NCBI RefSeq assembly: GCF_006345805.1
Contig: NC_042998.1
Span: forward strand, 100,688,001-100,752,000
Direction: 5' to 3'
DNA length: 64,000 nucleotides
DNA from: Octopus sinensis
Taxonomy: Eukaryota
The position numbers were made by a program, and so were the translations under genes. The notes beneath the pieces are model-generated. The model made no database searches. It was not told where the DNA came from and saw only the letters and a program-made list of their open reading frames with translations. Below are positions 37,801 to 53,052 of the stretch, one piece after another (the stretch's first letter is position 1; each line of letters opens with the position of its first letter).

Positions 37801-39722
37801 CATGCAAGCATATATATATATATATATATATATATGCATGCATACATGCATACTAACACAAAGAATACTGGCAAAACATTCCCATCAAAACTTCCACAAA
37901 ATGCAAAACATAAAATATCTGACAGTTGTTTGGGACTGAAAAGTAAAGTCATGTACAATCAAAGAGATTATGCAACCTGCAATGGTGAGCATCTCATTCA
38001 AAATCATTGAGAAGGAAAAAGTTTATGGACAACTGCTTTGTGATCTGCAGCTCATTTATTCCAATTATAAATTCACATTTATACCAAAAGTCTTTGGTTA
38101 AATTAGTTTTATTAGTAAATGTCTAAGTGACTAGCATTTCAAGTAAAGAAATGGATTGGCTAACTTAAACTTTATAGACACAACTTGTAAGAATTCACTA
38201 TATAGCAATACAATTATCATTATCATTGTTGTTATCCAAATTTTAGTGATGGAGGTTTTGCTTCTTTGTTAGAAACCAGCTCCCCACTTCTAGGAAGAAA
38301 ACACACTCACACAGATATGCTTACAAAATGTACGGCTATATAGTTAAGAAGTTTGTCTTCATAACCATTTGATTCTAGGTTCAGTCCCATTGTGTGAAAC
38401 CCTAGGTCGGTATCTTCTACAATAATGCCAGGAAGCCCAGTATCTAGTGAGTAAATTCATTAGATGAAAACACAATAGAAGCCCATTGTGTATCTATAAA
38501 TAAATGTATATGTACATACATGCCTGTGTTTGTCTCTAATCCGTAAGTTACTGGTGTCAGATTGTTTATGATCCTATAACTTAGCAGTTTGGCAAAAAGA
38601 GACCATTAGAATATGTAACATATTTAAAAAATGAGTATTGGAGTGATTTTGATTGATTAAACCATTCAAGGTGGTGCCCATCATGGGCACAAATATGTGC
38701 GTGTGCATGCACACACACATGCATGTATGCGCGCACACACACACACACACATTCTCCCTACCACACACATGTATAAAGGTTTCCATACAGGTTCTGTACG
38801 AAATTCACTGATGAGATTGGTTGACCTACTGTTATAGTAGAATGCACTTACCTAAAGTGATATGTAGTGGGACTGAACCCAAAGCCATACGGTTGCAAAG
38901 CAAAACTCTTAGAGGCAGGTGTGACTCCATGGTAAGAAGTTTGTTTTCCATCCACATGGTTCCAGGTTCAGTCTCAACTGCAAGGCATCTTGGGTATTTT
39001 TTACTATAGCTCTCTACCAACCAAAGCCTTGTGTATGAATTTGGAAGTTGGAAACTAAAAGAAGCCTGTCGTATATATATATATAACTTTTGTTAGCCGC
39101 TCTCCAGCTATCTATTTAAAGCTGTATACAGCTATGGTATGACCACACTTGGAATTCGCATCATCAGTTTGGAACCCCTATCTTGCTCAGATCATTGACC
39201 TCCTGGAATCTGTTCAGAGACGTGCAACCAAACGCATACCCTCCATCAGACACCTACCATACTCTGAGCGCCTTGTTTCCCTGGGCATGGATTCACTGAA
39301 GCTCCAGCGTCTGGCGATGGACTTGGTAAACACCCACAAAGTTATCAACCACCTCACCAACAACAACACTGAACACCTTTTTTGATCTCCATGTGTCCAA
39401 CACATGTGGACATGCCTACAAAGTCAGAACACGGCACAGCTCCCATGACTTTTGGAAACATTTTTTCACGCTCAGAGTTGCTGAAGCATGGAACAAACTG
39501 CCTGCGTCAGTTGTTGACTGCCATGACACTGCATCCTTTAAGGCTCTCATGCTTTCTGAAATCCGCCGAAACTACACCTGATTGTCCCCCTTCCATACTC
39601 ATACACATATGTGTATGTCATGACTCATGCACTGTTCTTTTTCTGACGCTTGTACATTACCCTATGTACTATACATACACTTTAGATGAGTTGTAGTGCA
39701 CCTGAGCACTGTACACAATGTT

Positions 39723-39794
<72 letters not shown>

Positions 39795-40157
39795 TATATA
39801 TATATGCAGCACGGACTTTGTCAGTGAACAGGTCGCGGATTTTAGCGACGAAAACATTTTGACAAATTAAACTTAAATGTTGGAGTGAATCGAACAGCTT
39901 TTGTGTGTTTCTTAAATGGCTTATAAACACCTTCCACGCTGCAATTGTTTTCGTTTCAGCACACGATCTCAGATCAAATTACTTGCTATGCGAGTACATC
40001 TCCAAAATATATATTACTTATTACTTATATATTGTTTATTCATTTTCGTACTTTTTGTGATCTAGTTATATGTTTTAAAATATATTTTATTTTTTATTTA
40101 TGATTTGGTTTATGTCTATCATTGTTTGAATTGCATTATAGTGGTTTTTCTCTAATT

Positions 40158-40200
<43 letters not shown>

Positions 40201-43200
40201 TTTATTTTTTACTTGTTTCAGTCATTAGATTGTGCCCATGCTGGAGCACTGCCTTGAAGAATTTTTAGCAGACTGAATTGAACCCAGTACTTATTTTTTA
40301 TAAGCTTGCTACTTATCTTATTCATCTCGCTTGCTGAACCAATAAGTTATAGGGAAATAAATACACCAATGTCAGTTGTCAAGTCGTGGTTGGGGACAAA
40401 CACACACAAGATGGGCTTCTTTCAGTTACATCCACATATATATATATATATGGAAAAAAAAAAGTCAAGATAGAAAATGCTAAAATAATTTTATAAAAAA
40501 TATTTCAGTATCAGTTTCAGTCATTGACACTTTTTCAACTGTAAGTATGGAAAACAATTAAATTTGGGAAAAATTAAAAGAAAAGATTTTTTAAAAGAAT
40601 ATTTGCATAGTGTTCAAATACAAGTGGCATTTTCCTTGTTTCTGCCTGTCTCTGTATATATATTTATATATATGTGTGTACGTATATATATATATCTATG
40701 TATTTGTATCTTTGCATTTGTATCTTGTTTGTCCTCTCCACACCATCTAACAATCAATATTGGTTTGTTTATGTCCTTGTAACTTAGCAGTTTGGCAAAA
40801 GAGACTTTAAAAAAATAAGTACTGGTGTTGTTCTGATAGTCTAAATCCTTTGAGGAGATGCTCCAGCATGGCCACAGTCCAAGCACTGTAACAAATAGAA
40901 AGGTAATACACACACACACATATATATATACATCTATATCTGTGCTGGTGGCACATAAAAAGCACCATCCGAATGTGGCCAATGCCAGCGCTGCCTTGAC
41001 TGGCTTCCATGCCGGTGGCATGTTAAAAGCACCAACCGATCTTGGCCGATGCCAGACTCCCTGGCACCTGTGCCAGTGGCACGTAAAAGCACCCACTACA
41101 CTTGTGGAGTGGTTGGCATTAGGAAGGGCATCCAGCTGTAGAAACACTGCCAGATCAGACTGGAGCCTGGTGCAGCCCCTGGCTTCCCAGACCCCGGTCG
41201 AACCATCCAACCCATGCTAGCGCGGAAAACGGACGTTAAAGGATGATGATGATGATATATACACATGCATACATACACACATATGTACATACACATACAT
41301 ATAGACACACACATTCTTGCACACAACTTAGAAATACTTGGATCCAAATAAAACAACAACGTGTCAAGTTCAAGTTCAGGCATGAAACATGATGTTATTT
41401 GTGAAACACCCGAAAGTATTTGAAAAACAGAAGCTTTTGACCTTTCTGTACATAAGGTCTTGTGGGGTCAACTGCCTAAGATTAAGAATAATTCATGATA
41501 ATAATGACAATAATAGCAACAATGTGATGATGAGAAAGATGATTACGTTGACAATAATAACAACAACCACAACAACAACAACAGAAACTTTCACTAGGGG
41601 GTGGGTTATAAAGAAAGCAAGGATAGAGAAGAGTGTGGAAAAACATAAATACATTTACAAATTACAAAGGGAACAGGGAAAGATTTTATCCAGTACATGC
41701 AAGATGAATAAAGAATTTTAAAGGTAAACAAACATGTGTGCACACACACACACACACACAATTATGTACATAGACGTATTTACATACATGAATACACACA
41801 TAAATATGTATGCATACACGCATACTTGTATGGATATAATAAGTGCAATTACACACATCATGATTAAAATAAGATGTAATAATAATTGAAGGAAATAGGA
41901 AATGAAAAATTTTCCGGCTAGGTGGAGTTAGGGCACTGAGTGACCTCATTCACTAAATCACTTCTTAAATTGTATTTGTGTGCAAATGAATGCACCAGCA
42001 AACATCATTTAAGAGATTTAGTGTTTTCAAACAAGAACATTATGAGGGAATTCTCTTTTAAGTTGGGTACAATGTTTTCATTATAATTTTATTAATAATC
42101 TATCTATTGCATGCTGTTTATATTCTGAATGTGATTGTTTTGGTGTCATTCTAACTTTTTAAAAATACTCTCTAGTACCACAGATGTGTTAATAAACTGT
42201 TGGCTTTCAAAGCAGGGTGAATCTGTTCAGATTTATTGTCTTCATTTTCTTATCTTTCATTGTTGCTTGGAACAAAATATTCCCTTTCACCTGTTTTTAC
42301 TGTTTTATATTAAGTCTTCATTTTCTGTGGTTTGTTTCTCTTTTCTCTCTTCCTACTTTAACAGAGTATTTGGGTATATTTATCTGTATTGGTACCTATT
42401 GCAAGAAACAGCAAGGTTTCTTTCTCCAACATTTTATGTAGTTCAACTTACACAAGTTAATGTGTGAAAAGTAAGATAGAAATTTTGAAAGAAGTTTCTA
42501 TAAAACTAGTTTTTAAATATCAAATGACTATGGGAATCGACCAGATTAAAATAGTAAAGGGGTCCATAGATAAAAAAAAATGGTTGAAAACTCTTGCACT
42601 ATATCATTGATCTTATGGTCTTTGTCTCAATGTCTTCTGTTTAGCACAGTTCCAGAGTGGTTCTGTGTCTTTTGGTGTCATTAGGATTCACAAGTACATT
42701 TTGATTCCCCTTCACCATAGATCATCTTTTGTTAAACCTGCTTTCACTATTTTCTATAACTGAAACATAAAAGTCACTATTACTCAGGGCCTACACCATA
42801 TTCAGTGTTTCCTATTGCAACTCTTGCATTTATTTGTGCCACGTACTGGGGTGCGAATGTTTAGTCAGAGGTTTGATAATTTAATCCTGTGTTTTGGCTG
42901 TCTTCAGTTTTGTATATACAACAGAGAGCACCACAGTATTTGCCTTTTTCAACTGAGATGATGTTTTTCTCCATATGTTCTGGAAGACTTGGGACACTTG
43001 CAAAAAGTATCAAGTATGATGTGAAGGAAAGTGTTATTCACTTCTCTCATCTTTTTGCAAGTACAGGCATATAATTTTTCTCTTTCCTTCTCCTGGATTG
43101 TCTCCTGCAGCAAAGAAATACTGCAGTTTTATAACATTCTCTCATCTACACATTTTTTCTTGTAACTGTAATGGCTAAAAAAAGTTCTTTGTTAATTTTT

Positions 43201-44324
43201 TATTAAAAGAAGACCTGCCTTTACACAGCTGCTATAAGCAAGCTGCAGTATCTGGAATTATGTAAGAGTTGCTATTCTGCAGTCTTCCAAATTATGTAAG
43301 TCTTTGGTACATCTTCAATTAATTGTTGTTTTTTTGTCTTCTGGTTCATTTAGCCATTGTGGTGCTTCGTTGTGTGGATAATAATGTGTGGTAACCATCT
43401 TGGATGTGAAAATATCAAATGTAAATAAAATTTTAAAAGCTTGTGAAGCAAATTTCTTTTATCTGTTGGATAACTGGGTATTGAGAGCAATCTCTTCTTA
43501 AGCAATTTCAGTTAATTTTACATGTAATCCAAACATTTTATTTGGTAATACTTGAAAAGAATGTGTTTTGAAAGTAGAATCAAAAAGATGTCTTTACATT
43601 AGGGAGTCAACAACAATAAGTCTTTCTAATTTTGCATAAGGCCAATAAATTTTAAAGGGTGGCAGAAATCTATAACACTGACCCCAGTACTCAAGTGGTA
43701 CTTATTTTACTGACCCCTGAAAGAATGATGGGTAAAATTGTCCTCAGCAGGAGTTGAACTCAAAATGTAAAGAATTGGAACAAATATTGCAAAGTATTTT
43801 TAACAATGCTTAGATGATTCTGTGAACTTGAATAACAACTATGATGGCGGTGGAGGCAGTGATGGCACCAATGACAACAATTATCGGGGACCGCTATTAT
43901 TAATTAAATCAACTTCATTATATTACTAAATTTTTTTTTTATTAAATCCCAGAAAGTTGAAAACAAAGTTTATTCTGGCATGAATTAAACTCAGAATATA
44001 ATAGGGTGAAATCAAATACCACAAGGAGTTGTTTGTCCGGCACTCTAGACAAATAGCAAGAATAGATACATTTATTGACTATGAGCAGTGAATTCAAAAC
44101 ATTACCAAAGACATGGTATTCTGCCCATGAATAAGACGAATAACTGAAAACATTTCCAATCATACATCATGTACCTTAGAGATGAAGGAAGGGTAGGGTT
44201 GCAGCTGTAAAAACAGAAAATTTTATCCAACAAAACACTACCATTTATGTATGAAAAGTGTAAAATAGATGCATAACAAAAACAAACCAAAAATAAATAT
44301 GGAGAAAAAATTGTTGTTGTTATT

Positions 44325-44396
<72 letters not shown>

Positions 44397-44668
44397 GCCT
44401 TTTTAGGGGGGTCTGTATGTTGTTAGAAGAGGTTCTGTGTGTTCTGAAAAATTATCTTTGCATCAAAATAATTTCTTGGTCAATCTAAAGGGGCTTGAAG
44501 AAATTTTCCTTGTTGCTTGCTTTCCTTAACAGATAGCTTGTGTCTCAAAGAACATCTGGCCAGGGTGGTTGTTTTGGATCAAGTTACACCCACTGAGAGA
44601 TAAACATAACGTGGGGTGAGAGAAGCTAACAGATTGGAACCTTCATTTCAAGACTTTTAATCATGCTA

Positions 44669-44725
<57 letters not shown>

Positions 44726-45099
44726 GTAACAGATATACTGTGCTATAAACATGCATTCATGTATATACACATACAGTCACACAGGCATATACATGCACAC
44801 ATAGATGTAGTTATGAAAATCAACATGCACACATATACATCAATGAAACATGATAGATATAAATGCATACACACACATGAACACACACACACACACAAAC
44901 ACACAATGATCACAAACATAATATATAAGCCTATATAGATGCATTCATACACAACATAGCTACACAAACCTAGAGACACTATATTCATGCAAATACACCT
45001 ATATGGGTACATACATATATACACATACACATGCACAAATACAATTAAAATTTGACATGTAAATAATATGCCACACACTATACATATGTGTGTGTATGC

Positions 45100-45153
<54 letters not shown>

Positions 45154-46198
45154 TGATCTGTATCAGTTTCATAAATACTGTGCACTGAATTTCATCTATC
45201 AAACAGGATTTCATACATGCACATACATTTTTATCCATTTCTATACATTAGGATATACACATAAATATTCTCACACACACACACTCATGTAGGCATGTAT
45301 GTATGTACAAATATGAATTCTGAATATGTGTGCGTTTTTGAATTTAATTGAAATACAGCTTTTCTTTATATATTGTTTCATTATAGAAAAATTTATATAG
45401 AAAAATGCACAAAAGACACGGACTTCACAAGCTGTACTAAAGGCAAACCATCTTGTAAAGCTATAAATCTGAATTAAAATGGATACAAAACAGAAGGAAC
45501 TCTTGTTCTGTTTGAAAAAAAATCCCTTTAGAGTCAGTAGCATGATAAAATGTACTCTGTGAATGCTATAAAGTGACTAGTGATAGAAAAGGCAATCAGA
45601 GAACTTCTCTTTGGTCACACAAGCAGTGTGAAATAGGCAAATCTGCCTCAAACTGTACTCTGCCATTTTAACCCTTGTTATATCGCATGTTCGGATGACC
45701 TCTACTCAACTCCCGACATCTAGACTTCTCCCTCTATGTCTATGTATTGGGCTAGCCCACGTTATCGTCTGGGGGCATCCACAACAATCTTTTAGCATTT
45801 AGACAAGTAATATCTTGCTAAAATAACCTACTTGCATTATCTTCAAACTGGCCAGATCTGGCCTCTCACACTTACCTTGCAATATTATTCAAAAGGTAAA
45901 CAATTACATCATTGAAATCTTAAAAGTGACAAGACAACAGGATTAATTTGAAACAATGTGTATAAATAAGCATTATATTTGACAGAGAAACTTGAATGCT
46001 AAAGGGTTAAATTGATCATGTCTGGCCCAAATAATCTTCCTGTTTTATGTTCAAACCAACCAGATCCAGTCTCTCACACTTACATTACAATGCCATTCTT
46101 TAGAATGACAATCACACAACTGAAATTTCTAAACTACAAGGTAATGCATGATTAATTGAAAACAATGTGAATAAATATGGATTACATTTGACAGAGTA

Positions 46199-46707
46199 CT
46201 GTAAATCCTCATTTTTTTCCCAAAATTTAAAGGTCAAAATCCCTAGTGCGTACTATATACGAGGTTAAAAATGAAAAATATTTTCTAAGCAATGTCCAAG
46301 TCTCTATTTGCTGTCCAGCAATGTTTATTCAGATGCATTTTGTGATGTTGGGCGTGAAAATACCTTAAGCTAAGCCTGAAAGCAATGAAGTCATAAAAGA
46401 ATCATCCATAACTTGCAGTAAGCAACATTTATTAAAATAAAAATATTCAGAACACAGAATAACATTTAACAAAAACAATTTGCAAACATATTTACATATC
46501 CATATAACAGTTAAGAACATCACCATTATTGTATTATGCATGTGCGGAAGTGTTTGTTTGACTAGGTGCTGCTGGCTTAATTATGCATGACTCAAGTTAG
46601 AGAAGGAGTATGTATTATACACAAGGTTTAGGTTTTTCAGAGGTAAAGTCTCCTAAAAATCCCCTGCGTATTATACTCAAGGGCAGATTATACTCGGAAA
46701 TTTACGG
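46199..46707. mobile_element. pogo/Tigger-like non-autonomous element nested in a piggyBac MITE
   Basis: TA-ctgtaaatcctc ... gaaatttacgg-TA; the host MITE resumes as atctaaatgctaaagagttaa. Confidence 0.7.
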
Positions 46708-47619
46708 TAATCTAAATGCTAAAGAGTTAAATATTCTGAACGCCTTACTTCCCTGGGTATGGACACATTGAAACTCCGACGTCTGGCAGCTGACTTGGCA
46801 GACACCCATAAAATTATCAACCATCTTACAAACAATAACTCTGAGCACCTTTTCAAACTCCACCCATGGACATATTTACAAAGTCAGAAAACAGCACAGC
46901 TCCCATGACTTCAGGAAACATTTTTTCACGCTGAGAGTTGCTGAAGCATGGAACAAACTGCCGGCATCAGTTGTTAGTTGTCGGAGCACTGCATCCTTCA
47001 AAACTTCCATGCTTTCTGAGATTCGCCAACACTACACCTGATTTTCTCCCCTCCATACACACACAAGCATGTATCTGACTCATACATTGTTCGCTTTCCA
47101 GACATATGTACATTACTGCATATACTTTATACGCACTTTCTGACAAGTTGTGGTGCACCTGAGCACTGTATACAATAATTTCATTATTATATAAATAAAG
47201 GAAGTCCCATTAAGCAATGTAGTCCATAATTTACAAAAAAGATGGAATTGTCATGAGTTCATTTCAATCATAAATCTACTTGATTTCGACTGAGATCAAC
47301 ATTACTCAGTCCAGGAGAAACAGCTGAAAAAAGATCAGTTGCCCATCGCTTTCATTTAGCTTCTTCAGTCAAGTACTTTGTTTATGTACCAAGAGGTTGT
47401 TTGAAAACATCTGCTGCAAATATTTCATGACAATATAAGAATTTACAGAATTGCCCAACCTATGTTAGTAAAGCATCAGCAGATGGATGAAATAAATAAA
47501 GAAAGTGAGTTTGAAAATGAGGAACACCAACTGTTCTCATAGATAAACCGGATCTTTAATGCTAATGGTCATCTTTGATAGTGAAAGATATCTCAAGTGG
47601 AAAGGCGTGAATATGTAGG

Positions 47620-47750
47620 TGTACATACATCCATACATATACGTAATATGTACACACACACACACACACACTCATACACACATACATTATATATATATAA
47701 ATACATAAATAATATATATACATACATAATATATATATATACATATACAA

Positions 47751-47793
<43 letters not shown>

Positions 47794-47982
47794 CATAGAT
47801 AATATATATATATATACATATACATACATGATATATATATATACATATACATACATAATATATATATATAGATATATATATATATATACATACACACATA
47901 TATACATCCATATATATATATATACATATACATACATAATATATATATACATATACATACATAATATATATATATATATATA
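47620..47982. repeat. Long degenerate (TA)n/(TACA)n tract; similar tracts at 49511-49790, 50490-50805, 51010-51200, 53125-53260
   Basis: Direct inspection; source of the many YI-repeat ORFs. Confidence 0.95.
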
Positions 47983-49511
47983 GGCTAACTGGGAAGATAG
48001 TTTTTGTATGTGGCAGATGCTCGGGAGCATTAACCTCCGAAAATCTGCAGAAAACAACTTCCGTCACTTTCCAGGGGAAAAACTAGAAGTAGTTGATAGC
48101 TTCCGTTATCTAGGTGACCAAGTCAGTAGTGGGGGTGGGTGCGCTGAAAGTGTAACTGCTAGAATAAGAATAGCCTGGGCAAAGTTTAGGGAGCCCTTAC
48201 CTCTGCTGGTGACTAAAGGCCTCTCGCTCAGAGTAAAAGGCAGACTGTATGATGCGTGTGTACGAACAGCCATGCTACATGGCAGCGAAACATGGGCTGT
48301 GACTGCTGAGGACATGCGTAAGCTCGTGAGGAATGAAGCCAGTATGCTCCGATGGATGTGTAATGTCAGTGTACATACTCGACAGAGCGTTAGCACCTTG
48401 AGAGAAATGTTGTACCTAAGAAGCATCAGTTGTGGTGTGCAAGAGAGACGATTGCGCTGGTATGGTCATGTGGCGAGAATGGATGAAGATAGGTGTGTGA
48501 GAAAGTGCCAATCCCTAGCAGTTGAGGGAACCCGTGGAAGAGGTAGACCCAGGAAAACCTGGGACGAGGTGGTGAAGCACGACCTTCGAACTTTAGGCCT
48601 CACTGAGGAAATGACCAGAGACCGAGACCTTTGGAAATATTCTGTACGTGAGAAGACCAGGCAGGACAAGTGAGCCCAGCCCACTTATGAATGCCTTTCC
48701 TCCCTTGGACACAAAGACCGGTTGAGGCAAGCGAAGTCGATATAGAACCTCATCGATGACAGACACCCATCCCAACCCCCCATGCTTGCGAAGACATGTT
48801 GGGGCAAGCGAAATCGAAATCGAAATCGAAACCGAATTGAACCAGCCAGGATCCCTGGCCTGGTGGTACGTAAAAAGCACTATCCGACTCGGGGCCGTGG
48901 CACGTAAAATACTCCAATGCGACCGTACGACAGGCACCCATGCCAACCCCCTTTGCTTGTGAAGACATGTTGGGGCAAGCGAAATCGAAATCGAATTGAA
49001 CCAGCCAGGATCCCTGGTCTGGTGGTACGTAAAAAGCACTATCGACTCGTGGCCGTGGCACGTAAAATACTCCAATGCGACCGTACGACAGGCACCCTTG
49101 CCAACCCCCTTTGCTTGTGAAGACATGTTGGGGCAAGCGAAATCGAAATCGAAATCGAATTGAACCAGCCAGGATCCCTGGTCTGGTGGTACGTAAAAAG
49201 CACTATCCGACTCGTGGCCGATGCCAGCACCGCCTCGACTGGCTTCCGTGCCGGTGGCACATAAAATACACCAATCTGACCGTGGCCGTTGCCAGCCCCG
49301 CCTGGCACCTGTGCAGGTGGCACGTAAAAAGCACCCACTACACTCACGGAGTGGTTGGCGTTAGGAAGGGCATCCAGCTGTAGAAACATTGCCAAATTAG
49401 ACTGGAGCCTGGTGCAGCCTTCTGGCTTCCCAGAACCCCGGTCGAACCGTCCAACCCATGCTAGCATGGAGAACGGACGTTAAACGACGATGATGATGAT
49501 GATGATGATGA
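47981..49511 (+). mobile_element. Second, more 5'-truncated near-identical copy of the same RTE
   Basis: Matches 29324-30837 almost base for base by eye (e.g. GAGCTC vs GAGCCC, GAAATC repeat-number changes, small indels in the 3'UTR); inserted in a TA-rich microsatellite. Confidence 0.95.
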
Positions 49512-49784
49512 TATATATATATATATACATACACACATATATACATACACATATATATATATACATATACATACATAATATGTATATATATATACATACA
49601 TAATATGTATATATATATACATACATAATATGTATATATATATATATATACACACATACATAATATATATATATATACAATAATATATATATATATATAC
49701 ACAATAATATATATATACACATACATAATATATATATATACATATACATACAATATATATACATACGTATATATGTATATACAT

Positions 49785-50490
49785 ATATTGGAAATATGCT
49801 GTGCTTGAGAAGACCCGGCAAGCCAAATGAGACCATAACCTCGTGGCCTATGCCAGGGGCATAACTATCCCACTTATGCATATCTTTTCCTTCTTTGGAC
49901 ACTAAACTCTGCTTGCGAAGACCTGTTGAGGCAAGTGAAATCAAAGTGAATATTCGATGACTGGTATCCGTACAAGCGGGATGCAAAGAGCACCATACGA
50001 GCGTGATCGTTGAGAGAGCGGCTAACCGGCTTCTGTGACAGTGGCACATAAAAGGTACCATTCGAGTGTGATCGTTACCAGTGGCACCTTACTGGCACTT
50101 GAGCCCAGTGCTAGTAGGGGGCTAAGAGCACCATCCAAGCATGATCGTTGCCAGAGCGGCTATCTGGCCTCCATGCCAGTGGCACGTAAAAGGTACCATT
50201 TGAGTGTGATCGTTACCAGCATCGCTTTACTGGCACCTGTGCTGGTGGCATGTGTAAAAGATTCAAGCGAGGTCGTTGCCAGTACCGCATGACTGGCCCC
50301 ATACCAGTGGCATGTAAATAGCACCCACTACACTCTCGGAGTGGTTGGTGCTAGGAAGGACATCCAGCTGTAGAAACTCTGCCAGATCAAGATTGAAGCC
50401 TGGTGCAGCCATCTGGTTCGCCCGCCCTCAGTCAAATCCTCCAACCCATGCTAACATGGAAGGCAGACGTTAAACGATGATGATGATGAT
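49785..50490 (+). mobile_element. RTE 3'UTR fragment (older subfamily)
   Basis: ttggaaatatgctgtgcttgagaagacc... to ...gttaaacgatgatgat; homologous to 58560-59280. Confidence 0.8.
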
Positions 50491-50525
50491 GATATATATA
50501 TGCATATATATACATATATACATAC

Positions 50526-50561
<36 letters not shown>

Positions 50562-50563
50562 GC

Positions 50564-50598
<35 letters not shown>

Positions 50599-51118
50599 AT
50601 ACATACATATACATATATACATACATACATATAATATATATACATACATATATATATACATACATATATATATATACATACTATATATACTCATATACAT
50701 ATACATACATATAGATACATATATATATACATACATATATATATATATATATGCATATATATACATGCATACATACATACATACATACATATATGCATAT
50801 ATATACCCCGTGTGTACCGTTGGCGATTTTTTGTCCCCTGTCTTCCCTTTTCTGGATCTTTCCTTCTCCTATGTTTCCGACGAAGAGCTCCGCTTGAAAC
50901 CTTAAACCTTCCTTCTTCCCTTCCTTCCTGAGCGTCCAATAATACTATATTTGTTCCACGCCCTCGCGTTGTTGTGTTTTCTCTTTGTGTTTTCCTGTTT
51001 CGATTAACTTTATATACACATACATATATACATACATATATATATACATATATATATATACATACATACATACATAAATAAATACATACATACATACATA
51101 CATACATACATACATACA

Positions 51119-51187
<69 letters not shown>

Positions 51188-51481
51188 TGTACATATATAT
51201 ACGGTTAGTCCACATTATTTCATAAGGAGCCTAGAGAATGTTTCCTTGTTTCTCTGAGGTATATTCTTTCCTGGATGGGATGCCAGTCCATTGTAGTATC
51301 ACCTATTCTTACCAGCTGAGGGAACTGGAGCAACATGAAATGAAGTGCTTTGCTCAAGAACAGAATACATCGTCTAATCCAGGAACTGAAACCACAATCT
51401 TATGATCATGCACCCAATATCCTAACCACTAAGCCATGCACCTTCACATGTGTGCTTATACACGCAGACACACACATACAC

Positions 51482-51529
<48 letters not shown>

Positions 51530-51559
51530 ACACGCACACATTCATATAGCTAAAATAAG

Positions 51560-51990
51560 AATAAGATGGATGAAATTCAGTGTGCTGTTACCTTTGTTGG
51601 CTATGAAAGGTTTCTCTTTCCAAGTGAAAGGAAAATTGTATGATGTATGTATACATGTAGGCCCTGAATGCAGAAGGCATGCAAAGGTTAGAAAGGAATG
51701 AGGCTAGTATGCTCCACTGAATATATAATTTAAGTGTACTTCTTCAACAGAGTACTAATGTTTTGAGAGAGAAGTTGGACATAAAAGGAATTAGTTGCTG
51801 TGTGCAAGAGAGAAGACTGTGCTGGTTTGGTTATGTGATGCAGATGGATGCCGAAAGCTCTATAAAGAAGTGCCAATCTCTCAAATTAGATGGAACACAT
51901 GGAATTGGGAGACCCAAAAAGACATTGGATGAAGTACTGAAGAATGACCTGATGCAGTACAAGGCAGTGGCTCTAATGGCTGCTGATCTT
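51560..51990 (+). mobile_element. Degraded RTE RT C-terminal fragment
   Basis: KFSVLLPLL..KGFSFQVKGKLYDVC; CVQERRLCWFGYV; GRPKKTLDEV. Confidence 0.8.
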
Positions 51991-52974
51991 AACTGATTGG
52001 AAGTGTTATCACGTACATTGTTTTGTCTTGGTTACTAAAGATGGGCAACAACAAATATTTTGCTGAATACTGCTGATTTGTTAGTTCCTTGATTGTAACC
52101 AGTTGAGCATGTCCCTTAGAGGCAGATGATATGTGCATCTCTTGTCATGAACACGAGTAGTGGGGAAGCATCATAGCCATGTGCTGAGAAGAATTATATG
52201 GAGTTTGAATAATTCATCTCTGGAAACATTTTGGAACCTTTTGAGCAGGATGGGCTACTCAAGCTGAAGAAAATTCTAGATGAGACCCCACCTGCAAGGT
52301 CATGCACTGTTTATTTTGATATGAGATCACAATGTCATGCACATATGGTTGTGATGCATGTGCCCAGTGTACTCTTATCAGATGGGTAGTCATGACAGGA
52401 GTATTGGGCTTCATATATTTGTATGTACCCCAGTGTCACTTTGATGGCATGCATTGCTCTCTCACTCAATAATAATGATGGTAAAGGTGATATGTTTAGC
52501 TTTTACCTTATTATTTATATCTATGCTCAATGGACATTAATAGAAAAAAAAATTTCCCCCTACATCACCACCACCAACACTACTATGACTAGCACAAACT
52601 ACTACCACCTCTACCATCACAACTACCAATAAGATGAACACTTCCACCATCAGTATAACTTCCACCGCAAACACCAACACAATTCCATGTGTCCACCACC
52701 ACCACCACCACCACCACCATCACAACTAAAAGACCGTGGGCTGCTTTAACATAAACTAACCAATCCTTTAGATTAAATTAAACAAGTGGAAGCTGACACT
52801 AGTAAACAGTTGGTAGACTGTTTGACTTATCTTGATATTTCAGGCCATTTCCTTGCTTAACTTCCTGTTATGTATGTAGTTACTACTATTGCAACTACTA
52901 CTACCATGGTTGCAACTATCACAACTAATAATGATAATAATATAGCTGTAGTTACTGCTGCTATTTCTTCTACC

Positions 52975-53052
52975 ACCACCACCACCACCACCACCACCAC
53001 CACCACCACCACCACCACCACCACAACCACCACCACCACCACCACCACCACC
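52975..53052. repeat. (ACC)n microsatellite
   Basis: Direct inspection; explains the poly-V/poly-T ORFs. Confidence 0.95.

Noticed and set aside
39920-39985. Minus-strand CTGAGA...GAAAACAATTG hammerhead-like motif
   Set aside because: The core is one base short and stem II is weak; not supportable.
42600-44290. Possible ancient LINE or Penelope remnants (e.g. PEHMEKNIIS, GCSCKNRK)
   Set aside because: Motif similarity is too weak to call without a profile search.
47445-47510. Plus-strand exon-like segment tttacag|...|gtgagt (IAQPMLVKHQQMDEINKE)
   Set aside because: Isolated 55-nt segment with no partner exons or recognisable homology.
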